Of a stretch of DNA of 64,000 bases, positions 21,805-36,329 are shown one piece after another. The translations under genes were made by a program, and so were the position numbers. The notes under the pieces are model-generated. The model saw only the letters and a list, made by a program, of their open reading frames with translations. It was not told the origin of the DNA and made no database searches. Origin of the DNA: Octopus vulgaris (taxonomy: Eukaryota). Within the stretch, counting starts at the first letter, position 1; the number at the start of each line of letters is the position of its first letter. The DNA is taken from the NCBI GenBank assembly GCA_951406725.2, contig OX597842.1, positions 28,210,001 through 28,274,000 of the forward strand. Direction: 5' to 3'.

Positions 21805-24343
21805 GTAAGTTTACTTTATATTGCTTCTTCAATGTTGAATGTTTGTTTATTATTTTATACACAATATTAAATGTTCCTAAATAACCAGATATATTTGTCC
21901 ATAATATTTCATTTCTTTCTTTACCTCTTACCCCTAATCCTCATCATTGTCACTTTTTATAAATATTCAACCAGACAATGAGGTATGCCAGAATTGATTT
22001 AAATATGAGTGAGAGAGAAACCCATCCTCACACACTGCAATGGAGTATTCTGGCAGGAAATATTCAGTCCAAGAGATGGGGGACATATGGACCCAATAGA
22101 TAAATGATGACTTTGTCAAGAAATTCTCTTGCCATACACAGTTAAAGGTTTTACCGACATCAAGGGCTACAGTATTTCTTTTGCAGAAGTTGTCAAACAT
22201 AACCAAAACACTGGGGAGTCACGTAGGAATCAAACCCCTGCTTGAACTGGCTTTATGGAACTGTTCTGGGGCTCATTGAATAGAGAAAGATACCCAAAGG
22301 GACAAAGATGATGGTTGTTTATGACTTTTTACTTCATAATTGAAATATTGGAAGTTAGAATGACTGGCTGGTAGTCAGCAGATAGGACACTATCAGCAAG
22401 AATTATAAAACAGGTCTTCTCTAAGAGAGTAATGCTACCCTTGGGTAGGGATTGCAAAGAATTTTATAAGGACCAGGGTGCCAAGGCGGCTGTGGTGGTA
22501 CAAATATATGAAACTCAATGTGTTGTTGAGTTTGGATCAGAGAACCATCATGATTAGGGAGTGGTGGGTGGAATGATTCTGTAAAATCTATAGAGATACT
22601 CTAAGTAAGAGACCAGAAAATGTGGCTTTTAATTTGGGAGGGAAGACAGCTGACAAATGGTGAAATGCAGAAAAAACATCCTTTAATTTCTTGATGACCA
22701 TCATACATGTATTTCAATGGTGGGTGAATGTCTGCCAGTTTAGTGAGGGTAGGTGTTTTCCTCAAGGAGAAGTCGATAGTGTTTTTTTGTACAGGTGTAA
22801 TACAGTTGTGTATGAACCACTCACACCTTCTTACATATTGTATGGCTACAAACTAATGTAAGCCCTGACACTGCTGCTGCCTCATTTAGGCTCAAAATTC
22901 TGATCCCTACTTTCAGAATATTTCTTATTTTCTCCATTGTTTCTTTTCATTTGTGTCTCCTCCTTTTCCATAGTTGCACATATTTAGCTGTGGTTGGTGT
23001 CGTTCCAAAGTTGTCGCAGATATCTAATCACAAATAAATACTTTGTAATAGATTCAGTGATTAACGTAAAAGGATTTTCAATCTTTTCCTTGAGCTTATG
23101 CATGAACTAAACAGTCTTTCTAAGCCTTTTTCACCTTGATTTACCTGTGCTCTACACCTTTCTTGTAGATTTGCTTTCATTCTTTTCCAAGTAGATCTCA
23201 TGTTGCTGTTTCACCAGACATATGACATCTGAAGATCCATGCTTCATTTCAAACATCCTGTTCTTCTCTCACCATCATTTAAATCTCCTTCATCATTATA
23301 GCATTAAATGAAAGTGCTACTATGCCAGGCATCAGTGATAACACAGTGTAGAATTTCATGAGCTTTACCAGGGAATACTAAACTAAAATCCAGTCTGATA
23401 TATTTAGAATCTACACAATTATTTCTGAGGGTTTTCACCCTTTATAGCTCTTCCCCTGTTCAGTTACTTCATACACCATCTAATGGTCTAATCTCTGCGG
23501 TTGGTTAGTGTAGATGGTTTCTCTTATTTACCCGTGTGTCTCCTATAAGGTACCAAGTTTGAAATCTTGTCAGTGTTCTCTTCAATTCATAATTGATATC
23601 ATACATACCAGTAATAAACTGGGAGATTTTCTCAACTGATTTTTTTTGGCCTTCACTCAGACAAAAGTGAGGTTGTAACTAAAGACAGACATTTCATGTT
23701 TCATAAGAAAGACTCTTCCATCTACCATGAAACGGTATTTGTACTGGTTTCCCTCGATATTGCTCTGTCCACTTCTATGAAAGGACAGGAAGCACAAATC
23801 ATGTCAAGAAAGACACCAATGGTCGCCTAAAGTGCATGTCATAGTATAACACAGAATAAAACTCATAAAGACATAAAAGGGAGCAGTAAAAGAACCACAA
23901 AAAGGAAAGGGTTCATAGGAACCTCAGATGTAGTGTTTCTGAATTACAGAAAGTGTGGTGTTTTTGAAGGATACAGCTAACAACCAATGTAGATAGTTTA
24001 TTCCATGCCTTGACAATTCTGAGCATAAAAATATTGTTTCTGATATCATGGAAACTGGAATGATTTTTTTATTTATTTTATAAGCATGTCTCAGAGTGGT
24101 AAAGATATTAAATTCCAGAAGTGGTCAAATTTGTTATTGGAAGATGAGGGATAATCTTGTGGGATCAAGTGAGTTGCTAGAAATGACAAAATTCTGTGTT
24201 GATGCATGGAGAAGCAATACATTTAAGAAATGATAAGTGATTGAGTGAGGCTAATTGTATGGTTGTACATCTATGGACAGCTTCCAGTAGATTGGTATTC
24301 TGGACAAAATGAGCATACCAGATTGGAGATGTAACCTATACAT

Positions 24344-24670
24344 GATGGCTGCCCCCTCGTTATCGAGTATGGCCATTGCACGAAACTTAACTGTTATTGA
24401 TGCTGTGATCGAATGTGACTTTTTAGCCCAGCTAAAGATCTACAATGTCTTGTACAAAATTGGCAACTAACACCTTTACTGGTAATAGCCAGCTGTAGTT
24501 GTAACTGGGCTTCATGTACCTTTGCATGTCGTTTAAGTCCTCCTGCCGAATTACACTCTCTTCCACACGCCCGACAGATATGATTAGTATGGTGTGTTAC
24601 ACCACCACCAGTGGCCAGGTGGTCACTCATCTGTCTCGTTTTTTGACTACGAAGATGACTCGTGAGTCAT
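24344..24670 (-). mobile_element. 3' fragment of an RTE-type LINE encoding two C2H2-like fingers, with a 9-bp TSD
   Basis: Flanked by cctatacat at 24335-24343 and 24671-24679. The paralogous site in gene A (about 8770-8800) is empty. Protein CRACGRECNSAGGLKRHAKVH...CQFCTRHCRSLAGLKSHIRSQH. Confidence 0.75.
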
Positions 24671-25603
24671 CCTATACATACATACATGCATACATATCAG
24701 CATATGTATAACAAAGTATGGATATAGTAATCTAATTAGGTAACAATGTCTAAGTTAAATGTTTGTGAGAATTTGAAGTTGTAGCTTTACTGTACTTAGA
24801 CCAGTGGTGGGACTTGAATGACTGGAACTATACATACATACATATATATATGATGGCTGCCCCCTCGTTATCGAGTATGGCCATTGTACGAAGCTTAATC
24901 AATGTTGTTATCGTGCAATGCCTGTGCAAGAAGATTTTTTTTAAAGTGCGGAAAGGCTGTCCACTGAGTCAATCCCACTCACTAAGCAACAGCAGCCATA
25001 ATCCGAAAAGAAGAACAAGTCAACATCATCGGTAACCACTGAGCTGCAGGTTTTATGTCAGAGTTATCCCAGTTACCTGAGTTACCTTCGCCTAGAAGGA
25101 TGCCCAAACAAAGGCTAGGAGTCCTTCACTCCCAATGGTTTAACCGCGCAATCGGGTATTCAGTCCGATTATTTCTATGTTCCCGTGCATGATACAGCCT
25201 TAAGACATTTATTGGAAGGCTGTTGACTCTCAAGAGTTCCTCCACCCTTACATACATACATACATACATACATGTGTGTGTGTATGTGTGTATATGTATA
25301 TGAAGGCGCATGACTCAATGGTTAGGGCAACAGGTTCACAATCAGGAGATAGTGAGTTTGATTCCCAGTCTGGGCTGTGTGTTGTATTCTTCAGCAAGAC
25401 ATTTTATTTCATGTTGCACACTGGTGTGTGTGTGTGTGTATCTTTCTTTCTTCGTCTTTCATATCTCTTTCTTTCACTCCAGCATCTTCTTTACTCTCTC
25501 TTCTCTTCTCTCTCTCTCTCTCTCTCTATTCTTCCCTCCTCTCTCTCTCTATCTCTCTCTCTCCTTTGATATATTTTATATATCTTCTCTTTCTTCTCTT
25601 CAG

Positions 25604-25755
25604 GTCAACCAAATAAACTCATACAGTAAAACTTTCTTAATGGCGGCTTGTGAACAGGGCAGCACAAGTCTCATAGACTTCTTGATAGAATCTGGAGCCA
25701 ATATAGACATGAGTGACAAAGGCAAGAATACAGCATTGCATTATGCTGTGGAAAG
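25604..25755 (+). CDS. Gene B exon 2, ankyrin repeats
   Basis: ctcttcag acceptor and gtaagg donor. VNQINSYSKTFLMAACEQGSTSLIDFLIESGANIDMSDKGKNTALHYAVE; phase 0 to 2. Confidence 0.9.
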
Positions 25756-26814
25756 GTAAGGCTTGAATTAATTAAAATCTTCAGATCTGCTTTTGTTTTG
25801 AAAGTTTTTGCAATTCCAGACTATTTGAATATCCAAAGATACCATAATAGTGGCAGTGTGACACGATAACAACATGATAGTAGTAACCAAATAACATCTT
25901 TTTCTCATTTTCTCCATGAATCCTCTTCATTGAATCACAAAAATCTTTTTCGTTATTTTTTGTCAAAACAGATATGATTAGTATGGTGCGTTACACCACC
26001 ACCAGTGGCCAGGTTGTCACTCATCTGTCTCGCTTTATGACTACGAAGATGACTCGTGAGTCATCCTATACATACATGCATACATATCAGTATATATATA
26101 ACAAAGTATGGAGATATTCTTTGAGAGCCAACAGTTCTTAAGATTGACCCATTCTGATTCAGTGCCTTCTCTTCATATTGATTATGGGGAGATCGATCAA
26201 TTTTTCTCCAAAGAAAATGTTATTTGAGATCTAAAGCAACAAGAAAGATTCTCTAGCTTGTTTTGACAGTAAATAATCTGTAAATTTCTTACAGAAATTA
26301 TTTCTCACCTCCATCTGCAACTCACTCAACACATTTTGAGATCTATTATATTTTGAATTGTGCTTCATAAGGTCATCTCTGGACAATAAAACATGTTTTG
26401 AAGTTCTTGTTAGTTTCTATAGCTCTGCAGTCACAAATTGTTCCAGAATTTTGCACAAACACACACACACCATCATTGTCATCGAATGTTCCTTTTCCAT
26501 GCTGGCATGGGTAGGAGGGTTTGATAGGAACAGACAAGTCAGAAGACCACACCAAACACTACTGTCTGCTTAGGTTTGGTTTCTATGGCTGGACGACCTT
26601 CCTAACACCAACCACTTGGCAGAGTGTACTGGATGCCTTTTACATGCCATCCGAACCAGTGAGGTCACCAGTTAATTGCGAGACAAAGACCTCTCGACTG
26701 GTTGAGGTGGTGAGGTGGGGGAGCTAATATTGCTGGAGAGAAAGGTGTCTTGCGTTAGAAGAGGGACATGGCTCCTTCAGATGGAGAAGACAGAGGAGGG
26801 AAACACTAGGTTAA

Positions 26815-27316
26815 AATCTAGTGTTTGGCCCAAGCAAAGAAAAAAGGAAAAAAATAGTGTAATAGGTGTGAAACAACATGTAGTAAACGAATATGAAAAA
26901 GAAAAATATGGCGAACGGGAGGTGGGGAGACGACTCGGAAAATTCAAATCTCACCACTTCCCCGTTCGTCGGCGAATTTTTTGTTCTTCATTTTCGTTTT
27001 TTACACATTATTTTACACCCGGTACTCTACTTTTGTTCAATTTTTGTGACGGGGCGGGTGGGTTGGGTGCGGACTCGGATGATTCACACGATCCGGTAAC
27101 CCCACTCAACAACCGGTCCCAAAACTGAAAACAAAAAGTGTAACAGGTGTAAAACAACATGTAGTTTTCGGATCCTGTGAGATTGATCGTGTGAATTTTC
27201 CGAGTCGTCTCCACCGCCCCTCGTTCGCCAACGTATTTTTTTTTTTACATATTCGTTTTACATTTTATTTTACACCTATTGCACAATTTTTTTTTGCTCG
27301 AGTCAAACACTGGAGT
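26815..27316. mobile_element. Fold-back MITE flanked by TTAA
   Basis: TTAA-aatctagtgtttggcccaagcaaa ... tttgctcgagtcaaacactggagt-TTAA. Long internal inverted arms (ggagacgactcggaaaattca / tgaattttccgagtcgtctcc). Confidence 0.7.
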
Positions 27317-27319
27317 TTA

Positions 27320-27360
<41 letters not shown>

Positions 27361-27926
27361 AATATATATATGTATACACACACACATATATATAATAAAT
27401 ATTTGTGTGTTTATATATTCATTTATGTGTGTTATATGACCGCCATACTTAACTGTTTCTTTTGGCGGTAAAAATACGCCTCGTTGCCCTTAACAACAAG
27501 CTTTCTCTTGCATAGTCTGTTGCTATGACAACATTACATTTGCAGACGTAGTTTTCCCGCCAATTACGACGTGCTGCTGTTGTTGTTTTTTTTTAGATTG
27601 ATGAGAAATCTGCTATCAATTAGTTTGTCTATAATTTTCAGACATTCCATCTTTCGCAAAAGGATTACAATACATTTTTCAATGTATACCTAATATATAG
27701 ATACTAACAACGGTACTTAATCCTTGTTTTGTATTGTACACTCGCTGGGATAAAAATATTTATACTTTATACCCTCACCTATTAATATGAGTATACACAC
27801 ACACGTACACATTTGTTTACTGTGTATTAACGATTATACGTATTTCAGTGGCTCATATTTCTCTGTCTGTCTGTCTCTCTCTATATATACATATATATAT
27901 ATATACATACATACACATACATGCAA

Positions 27927-27961
<35 letters not shown>

Positions 27962-28251
27962 CACATACACATATACACCTGTATAATATTATTGACTTTG
28001 ACATTTCAACTAGCGATATATACCGGTGATATATAATGTACGTGTGTGTGTGTATATATATATATATGCGTCCATATGGGCCCCACGACGAATTTGTTTC
28101 CTTATAACTTTGAGACAAATTGATATTTAATGAAATTTCTTTGACAAAAATGCTTCAGATGATGAAGATTCCAATTATATCGGAAATTGTTGTAAAAACA
28201 AATTTTCAAACTTTCTCAAAATTCACCCAAATCCGTTTTGTTTTTCTATAA

Positions 28252-28308
<57 letters not shown>

Positions 28309-28431
28309 CATACACGCACACACGAGGCTGTAGTATACATAGGTTTTTATGCATTTAATGGAACACGAGTGTATATTTGATGTAATTATTAAGTGAATGT
28401 GATGTTTTATGTTTGTTTTTCTTCCTTTCAG

Positions 28432-28588
28432 CCACAAAAAGGCTGCTGTGGCCTTATTAGTCTCCAGGGGAGCAAATGTTAATAAGCAGGACTCAGGGGG
28501 CGAAACACCTCTACATCTGGCTGTGAGGAAGAACTATGAAGATGTAGTCAAAGTCCTGTTAAATAGCAAAGAAAATAACAATTTACAG
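28432..28588 (+). CDS. Gene B exon 3, ankyrin repeat
   Basis: cctttcag acceptor and gtcagc donor. 157 nt, HKKAAVALLVSRGANVNKQDSGGETPLHLAVRKNYEDVVKVLLNSKENNNLQ. Confidence 0.92.
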
Positions 28589-28596
28589 GTCAGCGA

Positions 28597-28628
<32 letters not shown>

Positions 28629-29038
28629 ATAATGATATGTATGTTGGTTTGTGTTATATGTATATGAAACAGTTTATATTTATATTTTTTTAATTAAAAA
28701 CTTTTCTTCAGCTCACACAGACCTGTACATACATACACAAATATACACACACATAAACGCATATATACACAAAAATGCATAAACAAATGATCCGTGAAGA
28801 TATAAAACACGTATGTATATATAGGTATTTATGTATATATGTATGTGCGAGAGTGTATATATATGCATACACATATGTGTGTGTGTATAGATACATTATA
28901 AATCTCATTTATTTTCCCCTCACCTTCATTCCACCTGTTTAAATTAATCTGATTCTGTTTTTCTGACATTTTTCATTTTTTTTCCTTCTTCTCCCAATAA
29001 ACACCATCTTTAATGTCTTTATTGTTTATCTTTTTTAG

Positions 29039-29397
29039 GTTAATCAGCAAAGGAGAGACGGTTGGATAGCTCTCCATTTTCCCTGTTGCTGTGGAAGAAA
29101 GGACGTTGTTGAACTTCCCCTGCAACAGAATGGCATCGATGTTAATGCTGTGGAGAACAAAGGTTGGACAGCTCTCCATGTTGCCTGTCGCTATGGAAGC
29201 AAGGACGTTGTTGAACTTCTCCTGAAACATAAAGACACGGATGTTAATGCTGAGACCAAGCAAGGTCACACCCCTCTACATCTTGCCTCTTTTCATGGAC
29301 GCAAGGATGTTGTTGATTTTCTCCTGCAACAGAATGGCATCGATGTCAATAAGGTGAACCTCGAGGGTGACACCCCTCTCCATCTGGCAGTTCAAAA
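29039..29397 (+). CDS. Gene B exon 4, three 34-aa ankyrin repeats plus a half repeat
   Basis: ttttag acceptor and gtaagt donor. 359 nt, VNQQRRDGWIALHFPCCCGRKD...GWTALHVACRYG...GHTPLHLASFHG...GDTPLHLAVQK. Confidence 0.92.
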
Positions 29398-30289
29398 GTA
29401 AGTCCCCAATGGATTTGGATTATCCAAATCTGTTTCTTTAATGTTTGTTTTCTTGTTTCGAGTCATTCATGTCATAATCCCACCATGGGTCGTCATGCTT
29501 CACCCCTCTCTCTCTCTCACTCACTCTAATGACACTGTAATCTAACTTCATTAATTAATCATCATAATTATTGTTGTTGTTGTTGTTGTTACCTGACTGG
29601 ATTCTTTACTTCATCTCATCCTTCGTTACCTCAACGTTACAGGTTCAAATCCTCTCCCTTCTTCCTTTCATTCCATGTAAAACACCTCACCCCCCACCTT
29701 CTCTTGAAATTTTCCTCTTTCCTCTGGCCCTGGGCTAAATGCAGAATCATCCCCTTACTTTGATCCGTTTGTGTTCCAAGTTCAACTCCTGGGCTCAAAA
29801 TCTGTACCAGTAATATCCAGGGGTTCATTTAATAAATTGTCCCCCCTCTTTACTCCTGTTCTTGTGTCTGATTACTGTTGGAAAATATTCAGATAAAATT
29901 TACAAGTGTTGATATCTGGACGGTTTCCTAGTCTTCTGATTGTTTACGGAATATGTGGTGTAATTTTTAATTATGTATCTTATGCAAATAACCTACATCT
30001 TCTTTACACTGGTTATGGTAAATCTGGGTTTTGAGTTTATACCCTTCTTATAAATTTTATCTCAATATTTCCCAACCTTTGCCTTTTATTAACCCTTACG
30101 TTTTTCTACCCTTTTAGGCCCCTCTTTTTTGTATATTACGAATTACCCTTCCAACCCCTTTCGTTGTATTAACAATTAATATTATCTTAATTTTAATGAT
30201 TCTTAATACTATTTTAGTTAACAGTATGTATGTGTATGTATATATATATATATATTGTGTGCGTGGTTGTTTTCGGGTATATGTATTTG

Positions 30290-30336
<47 letters not shown>

Positions 30337-31099
30337 CTATATATATGGATATATATGGCTATATACGTACGTAGTTATGTATGTAAGCATGTATGTGTGT
30401 ATGTAAGCTTGCTAACCCTGCTCTTTGCTTCTTAGTCGATTAGACTTAGAGCCATTCACGTCATTGCTATGTCCGTCTGTTTCTCTACGCCACATGGCTG
30501 AAAACCACCACTTGGCTATTTTTTCTATATTTCCTATCTCTGAACTTTCTTGTATAGATTATTTCATTCAACTAGATGCTACATATTAATTCTGTGTATC
30601 GTCATCGACCAGTAAATAAAATATATTTTTCCGTAGTAAATATATAGGTCTTGAATTTATTCTTCATCTCTTTATGAACTCTTGTAAATAACATACACGC
30701 AGCCACATCAACACCTTGTACTGGCTATATATCCTCGGTAAGAAAAGAATATTTTGAAGGATGCCGTATGCTGACAGCTAACAGCTGACTCAGGTGGTTT
30801 GTTGTGTGCTTAAATAATTCTGAGTGAGATAAAGTATTTCGTAAAGTCATGGGTGCTGCACTGTTTTTTATTTTAATTTTATAAGAATGTCTGCTGCTGG
30901 CTGAGATTTTGAATTCAAAAATGTTGCCAAAGTTGTTGTTGGCAAGATTATGTATAAACCTAAGGGATTATACCAGATTAGCTGCTAGACTTCAAAACTT
31001 TAGTGTGCTGATACCCAGAGAAACAATACATTCAGTATATGGTGACTAACAGAGAGTATTTGCCTGGTTTGGAGATCAGATTGAAGCAAAGGTATATAG

Positions 31100-33050
31100 C
31101 ATCTAATAAGATGTCAATACCCAGAGAAGCAATATATTCAAGATATGGTAACTAAGAGAGAGCATTTGCCTTGTTGTTCTTCTCTGAATAGATATTCTGG
31201 ACAGGATGGGGATTCCAGATTGGAAATGTAAACTGTAAGTGTAGACGTATGATAGCCAGGCATAATTTTAAACTGATAACTTGACAAATTGACGGGCAGA
31301 GGTTTTACTGAGCAATACTTTGATATTTCTGATGATTTTTAGAAATGTGGTTCATGCATTACACATCATTGTTGACATTAATGTCACGGTCAAGTTCACC
31401 TGCAGACTTTTGAAGTTTGCTGTTCTGGAGAGAGTTGGTAAATTTTGGAATTTTCATTCCAAAGTGTATAGTGGTGCACCATTCTATGGCCAGCTTGAGT
31501 TTGCAATCAGCAGTGCATTGCTGCATTGTATCCAGGTCAGATTGAAGAAAGGATCTATAGCAGATAGTTGGCATGTATTTAGCTGATACATAGAAGGAGC
31601 AAGAGAAAACCAAGAGTAGTTCCTTGTAGGTCTTCTGTGTTGGGTGCAGAATGTTAGCTTAGTGTTGTGACTCTGTCTTTTCAACTGAGAATGTAAGTAT
31701 TTTAAGCAGTTATATAATTTAGTCCTCGCACCCATTCCAGACAGTTGTGCCATAATTGATCACTGTGGCATGGAATTAAAGACTTTGGTGAAGTTGATAG
31801 AGATAATATCCACCCATGAACCACCATCTGGGAAGAAATTCAATGCAGCAACAGTTAGGGATAAATCGAAATGGTTGGAGTTTGAATAAGCTTATGAGGG
31901 TTCCAGATGTTCCAAAATGTCTTCCTGTAGATCCATTAATTCTGTGAGACTGACTGGATGGTAGTCAACAGGGGATGTCTGGTCACTCCCTTTTTGAACG
32001 GGGAAGAATACTGGCAACTTTCCATTAAACTGGGCTAAGTGTGAATTAGAAGAGGACAAAAAGCTGGTGCAGTAGAAAAAGGGTGCACCCTTTGAGAAGC
32101 AGATGAATAACACCACCAAGACAAGAGGAAGCATAATTGCACATATGCTTCAATTAGCATTGCGATATTGCAGAATTCAACAGGTTTTATGGAATTTGAT
32201 CTCAGTAGCAGTGAAAACGGTACATTTGTCACTCCTTTAATATGGCAGGGTACCATGTTGCACCTTCTTCTTTTATCCCCTGTTCTTTTATCGCGTCCAG
32301 CATCTCATCGATATTTCCTGGCAGTCTCTCACATATTCAGGCTTCTAAAACGTTTGCATGGCACCGACACTTTTTCATGAATTAAGGATGGATGTGCTGA
32401 AGGTTAGTCTTGACATCTCCAGAAGTGTAAAGTCGAAGCCAGTCAGGGAACTATACCTCAGTACAGTCGGAGTTCCAGGAAAACGAAGCAGTTTGGAGGT
32501 TATGGTGGCTTTTCTTTCAATCCATTAGAAATATTTTTGCAAGATTGGAGTATGATCAGAGTCACCTAAGGGTTCATCACTATTGAGGCTGATAATTTCA
32601 GGAGCAGTGGTAAATAGCAGATCGAAAGTGTTGTTACCTCTTTGGGAGAGAGGACTACTTGGGATTAGTTTGAATCTAACATTAAATGAAGGAAATCGGT
32701 TGCATTTTGTGGCCAGTGAAAGATTTCCTAATCAATATTGGGTAATTGAAATCACAAGTATGAGAACATAGGTGACCATTTTCATAGATGCAGCTCTAAA
32801 AAGTTTCGAGGATGGTAAATGTTGATGTACTTTTATGTTGCAGAAAAATTCCTCTTGTGACTGGTTTAAATCTTCACAAGCAATTTCTGAAAAGCTTGAG
32901 CAAGCATAGACCATCGCACCACCTCCAAGGTAATGAAAGAGGTCTTTGTGAAAGAAAATGTAGCCAGCCATGCTAAAAACACCATTGCACAATAAAGAAT
33001 GTGTCCAGGTTTAACAAATGAGATTGGAATCAGTACTTTTAACTTAGGAA
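31100..33050 (-). pseudogene. Old degenerate CR1/Jockey-like LINE
   Basis: Broken frames with PVQKGSDQTSPVDYHPVSLT and LQSDLDTMQQ..LKLAIEWCTTIHFG, homologous to the CR1 ORF at 49103-50156. Confidence 0.65.
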
Positions 33051-33678
33051 TCAAAAATAGTGAACTTTATTGCATAAACTGTGGGTATTTTTAAACAATA
33101 ATTTGTATCTCGATTTAAATCTGTCATGGTTCATGGAAGAGGATATCCTCAGACCAGTTTGCATCCCTTTTTCATCTGGTATTGAGTCATGATTTACGGG
33201 ACCTACAATATGTAACTTCAGGTGTGTATCAGGTGGTGAATGACGAAGAGCTCAATTTATCACACCTGTCCTTATAAGAAGCTAAATAGTATGCACATAG
33301 CTCAGTAGAAGGTGAATCTAACTCGTTTGGGTTTTGATCCAATCAACTGAGGCAAATAAAATTGTTTTGGAGGAACACATCTGAAGTTGATAAGATGTAG
33401 ATCAATGAACATGGACTCACCTATAACAAGGGGCAGGTTTGTATGCAGGGCAAACCTAGACTGAAGTGTTTTGCTAAAGAACTTTACACATTGCCTTGTC
33501 CAGGAATTGAAACCGCAATTTTACTCTATGAGTCCAAAAGCCTAACAACTTAGCCATGCACCTCACTCTGGTCAGTCTGGTGTTTCATAATATTCTGTAC
33601 TGTAAACATAAAACAAACATGTAATATTTGTTAGAAATGAATGTTATAGGTGGGATGTGTTTTATGTTTTTTCCACAG

Positions 33679-33818
33679 ATGTATGCTTTGTGAAGAGAAT
33701 GAAGCCAGCATGGAGTTACAACCCTGTGCACATACTGTTTTATGTGAAGATTGTAGCAAAATTCAACTTAACAGATGCCCCAAGTGTAAAACATGTATAG
33801 AAAGCAAAAGGAGAGTTG
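33679..33818 (+). CDS. Gene B exon 5, C3HC4 RING finger (MIB/IAP-type spacing)
   Basis: ttccacag acceptor and gtaaga donor. CMLC-x11-CAH-x3-CEDC-x7-CPKC. Phase 2 in matches exon 4. Confidence 0.9.
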
Positions 33819-35077
33819 GTAAGAATATGATTTGATGATCTGTCTGTTTGTCACATGACATTATGGAATGGAATAATGTTGTATCGACCCAGATCTGTCA
33901 TAATCTGACAGACGTATGATAAAAGATGTCCCAGGTGTCTTTTCTCTTTGATAGTATATCCATGACTACACCCACTGAATATTGTCTTTATCCAAGTAGG
34001 AAACCTGTCCCACATCAAAAGAGTACTGTCTGCAACATAAGACTAATACGTTTTACTGAAATATAAATGAAATATCAATAAATCTCCAAGGTCCCTTCAG
34101 TAAACATCAACTTTTTATATTCAGTTGTCAGCTTTTATATGAGGTTAATGATTTATAAGTATCTTGGGAAACTGATAATTAAGGACAACAGTACTTCCTA
34201 CAACATCACAGTCAGCTTTGTAATGTAAGAATTTCAATGACAAAATCTCAACTGAGAGTTTAAGGATCTGACTCTTAGCGAGTCTTATATATTCTTGAGA
34301 ATGAATTCTAGTGTCCCATTTCAGATATAACTCCTTTGCAATAATGTGTAGATAAACAGTTTTAAGTTAAGGAGGTTTTATACAAATGTAATGTTTCAGG
34401 ATACCTGTTATCACTTTCTGCTCCACCTGTGTAGAACTAATCATTGCTCACCTGGAAAAAGAAAAAGCTGCTTATTAAGGAGGATGAATGACATTGAAAT
34501 ATCTTCAGATCTTTCCTGAATCAGGTGGTATTCTGGTGAAGTGTGATGTGGGCAGTTAAAATTAAAGATTACCAACAGTAACATATAAAAATGAGAGCTG
34601 GGGTATGTTTATCCTTCCTGAAGCAATGTGTCATGCCTTTGTGGCCAGATCTTTGAAGACCTGTTTGGTTGAGACTGGAATTTAGTAGAAGATGAGAAGA
34701 ATATTGGTTAGTGAAGGTTCGAGATGAGAGGACAATGGCATGTCATATGACCAGCACAGACATAACAAAAGAAAGACAAAACTAAGAGAAAAAGAGTGTT
34801 ATGAAGTGATAACTAAGTGAGAGAATTTCAGAATTGTTAGATTAGTATATAGGATGTCTTAATAGAAAGATGAGATTTAGAAAGGTTTGCCTATTTTGCT
34901 GCGGTTCTAAATATTGAACTATTATATAGTAACAGCTTAGAAAGTGTTGACCGAAAGCATAGTGGTCACCAATTGACTATTGATGATATGAATGCCTTAC
35001 AAAAATGGAATATAGATTATTAAAAGAGACAAAGAAATTTTACTATGAAGTATAAAACTTTGAAATGCTTATATCAG

Positions 35078-35128
35078 TGTGTCCAAAGTCTGAAGAAAAA
35101 GCAATCAAGACGGTTGCAGAATCTGTTG
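35078..35128 (+). CDS. Gene B micro-exon 6 (linker, 51 nt)
   Basis: atatcag acceptor and gtgagt donor. Phase 1-1, open frame (V)CPKSEEKAIKTVAESV. Confidence 0.6.
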
Positions 35129-35469
35129 GTGAGTATAAAATAACTGTAATTGATTTCTATAAATTTTACCTTCACCTGAGATATATTATTTGTGTGAATG
35201 ACTGAGAACAAGTTCCATTGTTACATTTCTTTTGAATGGTTAGCGATAAAAGTAATTCTATTCGTTACCTACAAATGCAAGAATATCCAATAAAGGGGTT
35301 TTATAGAAATATGGAAACATGAGACACAGGAAAAATGTCTTTCACGATGAGGCCAAAATACAAAAGATAAAATATAAACCCTGAAGCTGTTCTCTCCCCA
35401 TAATGAGATACATTCACTTTTCTTTCATCTCATTGTTGTCTCTCTCTCTCTCCTTCCCTGTTTCTTCCT

Positions 35470-35509
<40 letters not shown>

Positions 35510-35925
35510 GCATCTACATGTAGCAGCCTCTGTACTTTCCAGTCGTGTAACAACATGAATTGTATTTAAAATATTGATATTACAGAAATTTAATAAAATG
35601 TCCAGCTGTGTTGGCTCTGTTGCTAAAATGGTTAAATTAGAAAAAAAAACAATAGAGTTAATATTGTCTTTTGAATGAAGGAAGAAAAACATTTTGTTGT
35701 TTAATGGTAAACAGGTGAGTTAATGACAGTGTTTGTTTGTTGTACATTTTCAATAAGTTTACTGATTATTGTTGTTGATGTTCTTGTTGAACAAGATGGT
35801 TAAGTTGAAAGCTTACAAGTGTGATCACCCTGTCTTTTTTTTCACTGTTAGTAAATCTATCATTACATCCATTAAACGATGTCTTTGTCCAAGTAAGAAG
35901 CTTTGGTCTGCTGCTGAGACAATTG

Positions 35926-35972
<47 letters not shown>

Positions 35973-36329
35973 TAAGATGGACACTGGTTGCAAGATACAA
36001 AACAATCGATGTTATTGTCCTCATCATTTACAGTCTGCTCTCCTTGCTTCCATGTAATGGATGGGTGATCACTGTCCAAGTCAGTTCTTGTTCAGAGTTA
36101 CTGTCCCCCTTGACTGCTTGAGAAACACATCTCCCTTAAACATTCCACCTTTTCTATGGTGGGATGCCCTCCCCAACACCAACCACTTCATAAAGAGTCC
36201 TGAGTACATTTTAATGTGGCACAAGCACTAGAAAGATTTTCATGTGTCCAACATTGAAACTGGAATAGCTGTAGGTTGCACACTATCAGTCACTTGGTTT
36301 GTGCTTGTTATGGGGATCGGCAGATTTAT

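Noticed and set aside
24394-24630. C2H2 zinc-finger gene
   Set aside because: It lies inside a TSD-flanked insertion absent from the paralog and is the C-terminus of a LINE ORF.
30637-30691. Possible alternative terminal exon (KYIGLEFILHLFMNSCK*) in phase with exon 4
   Set aside because: It has no ankyrin similarity, the acceptor is weak, and there is no transcript evidence.
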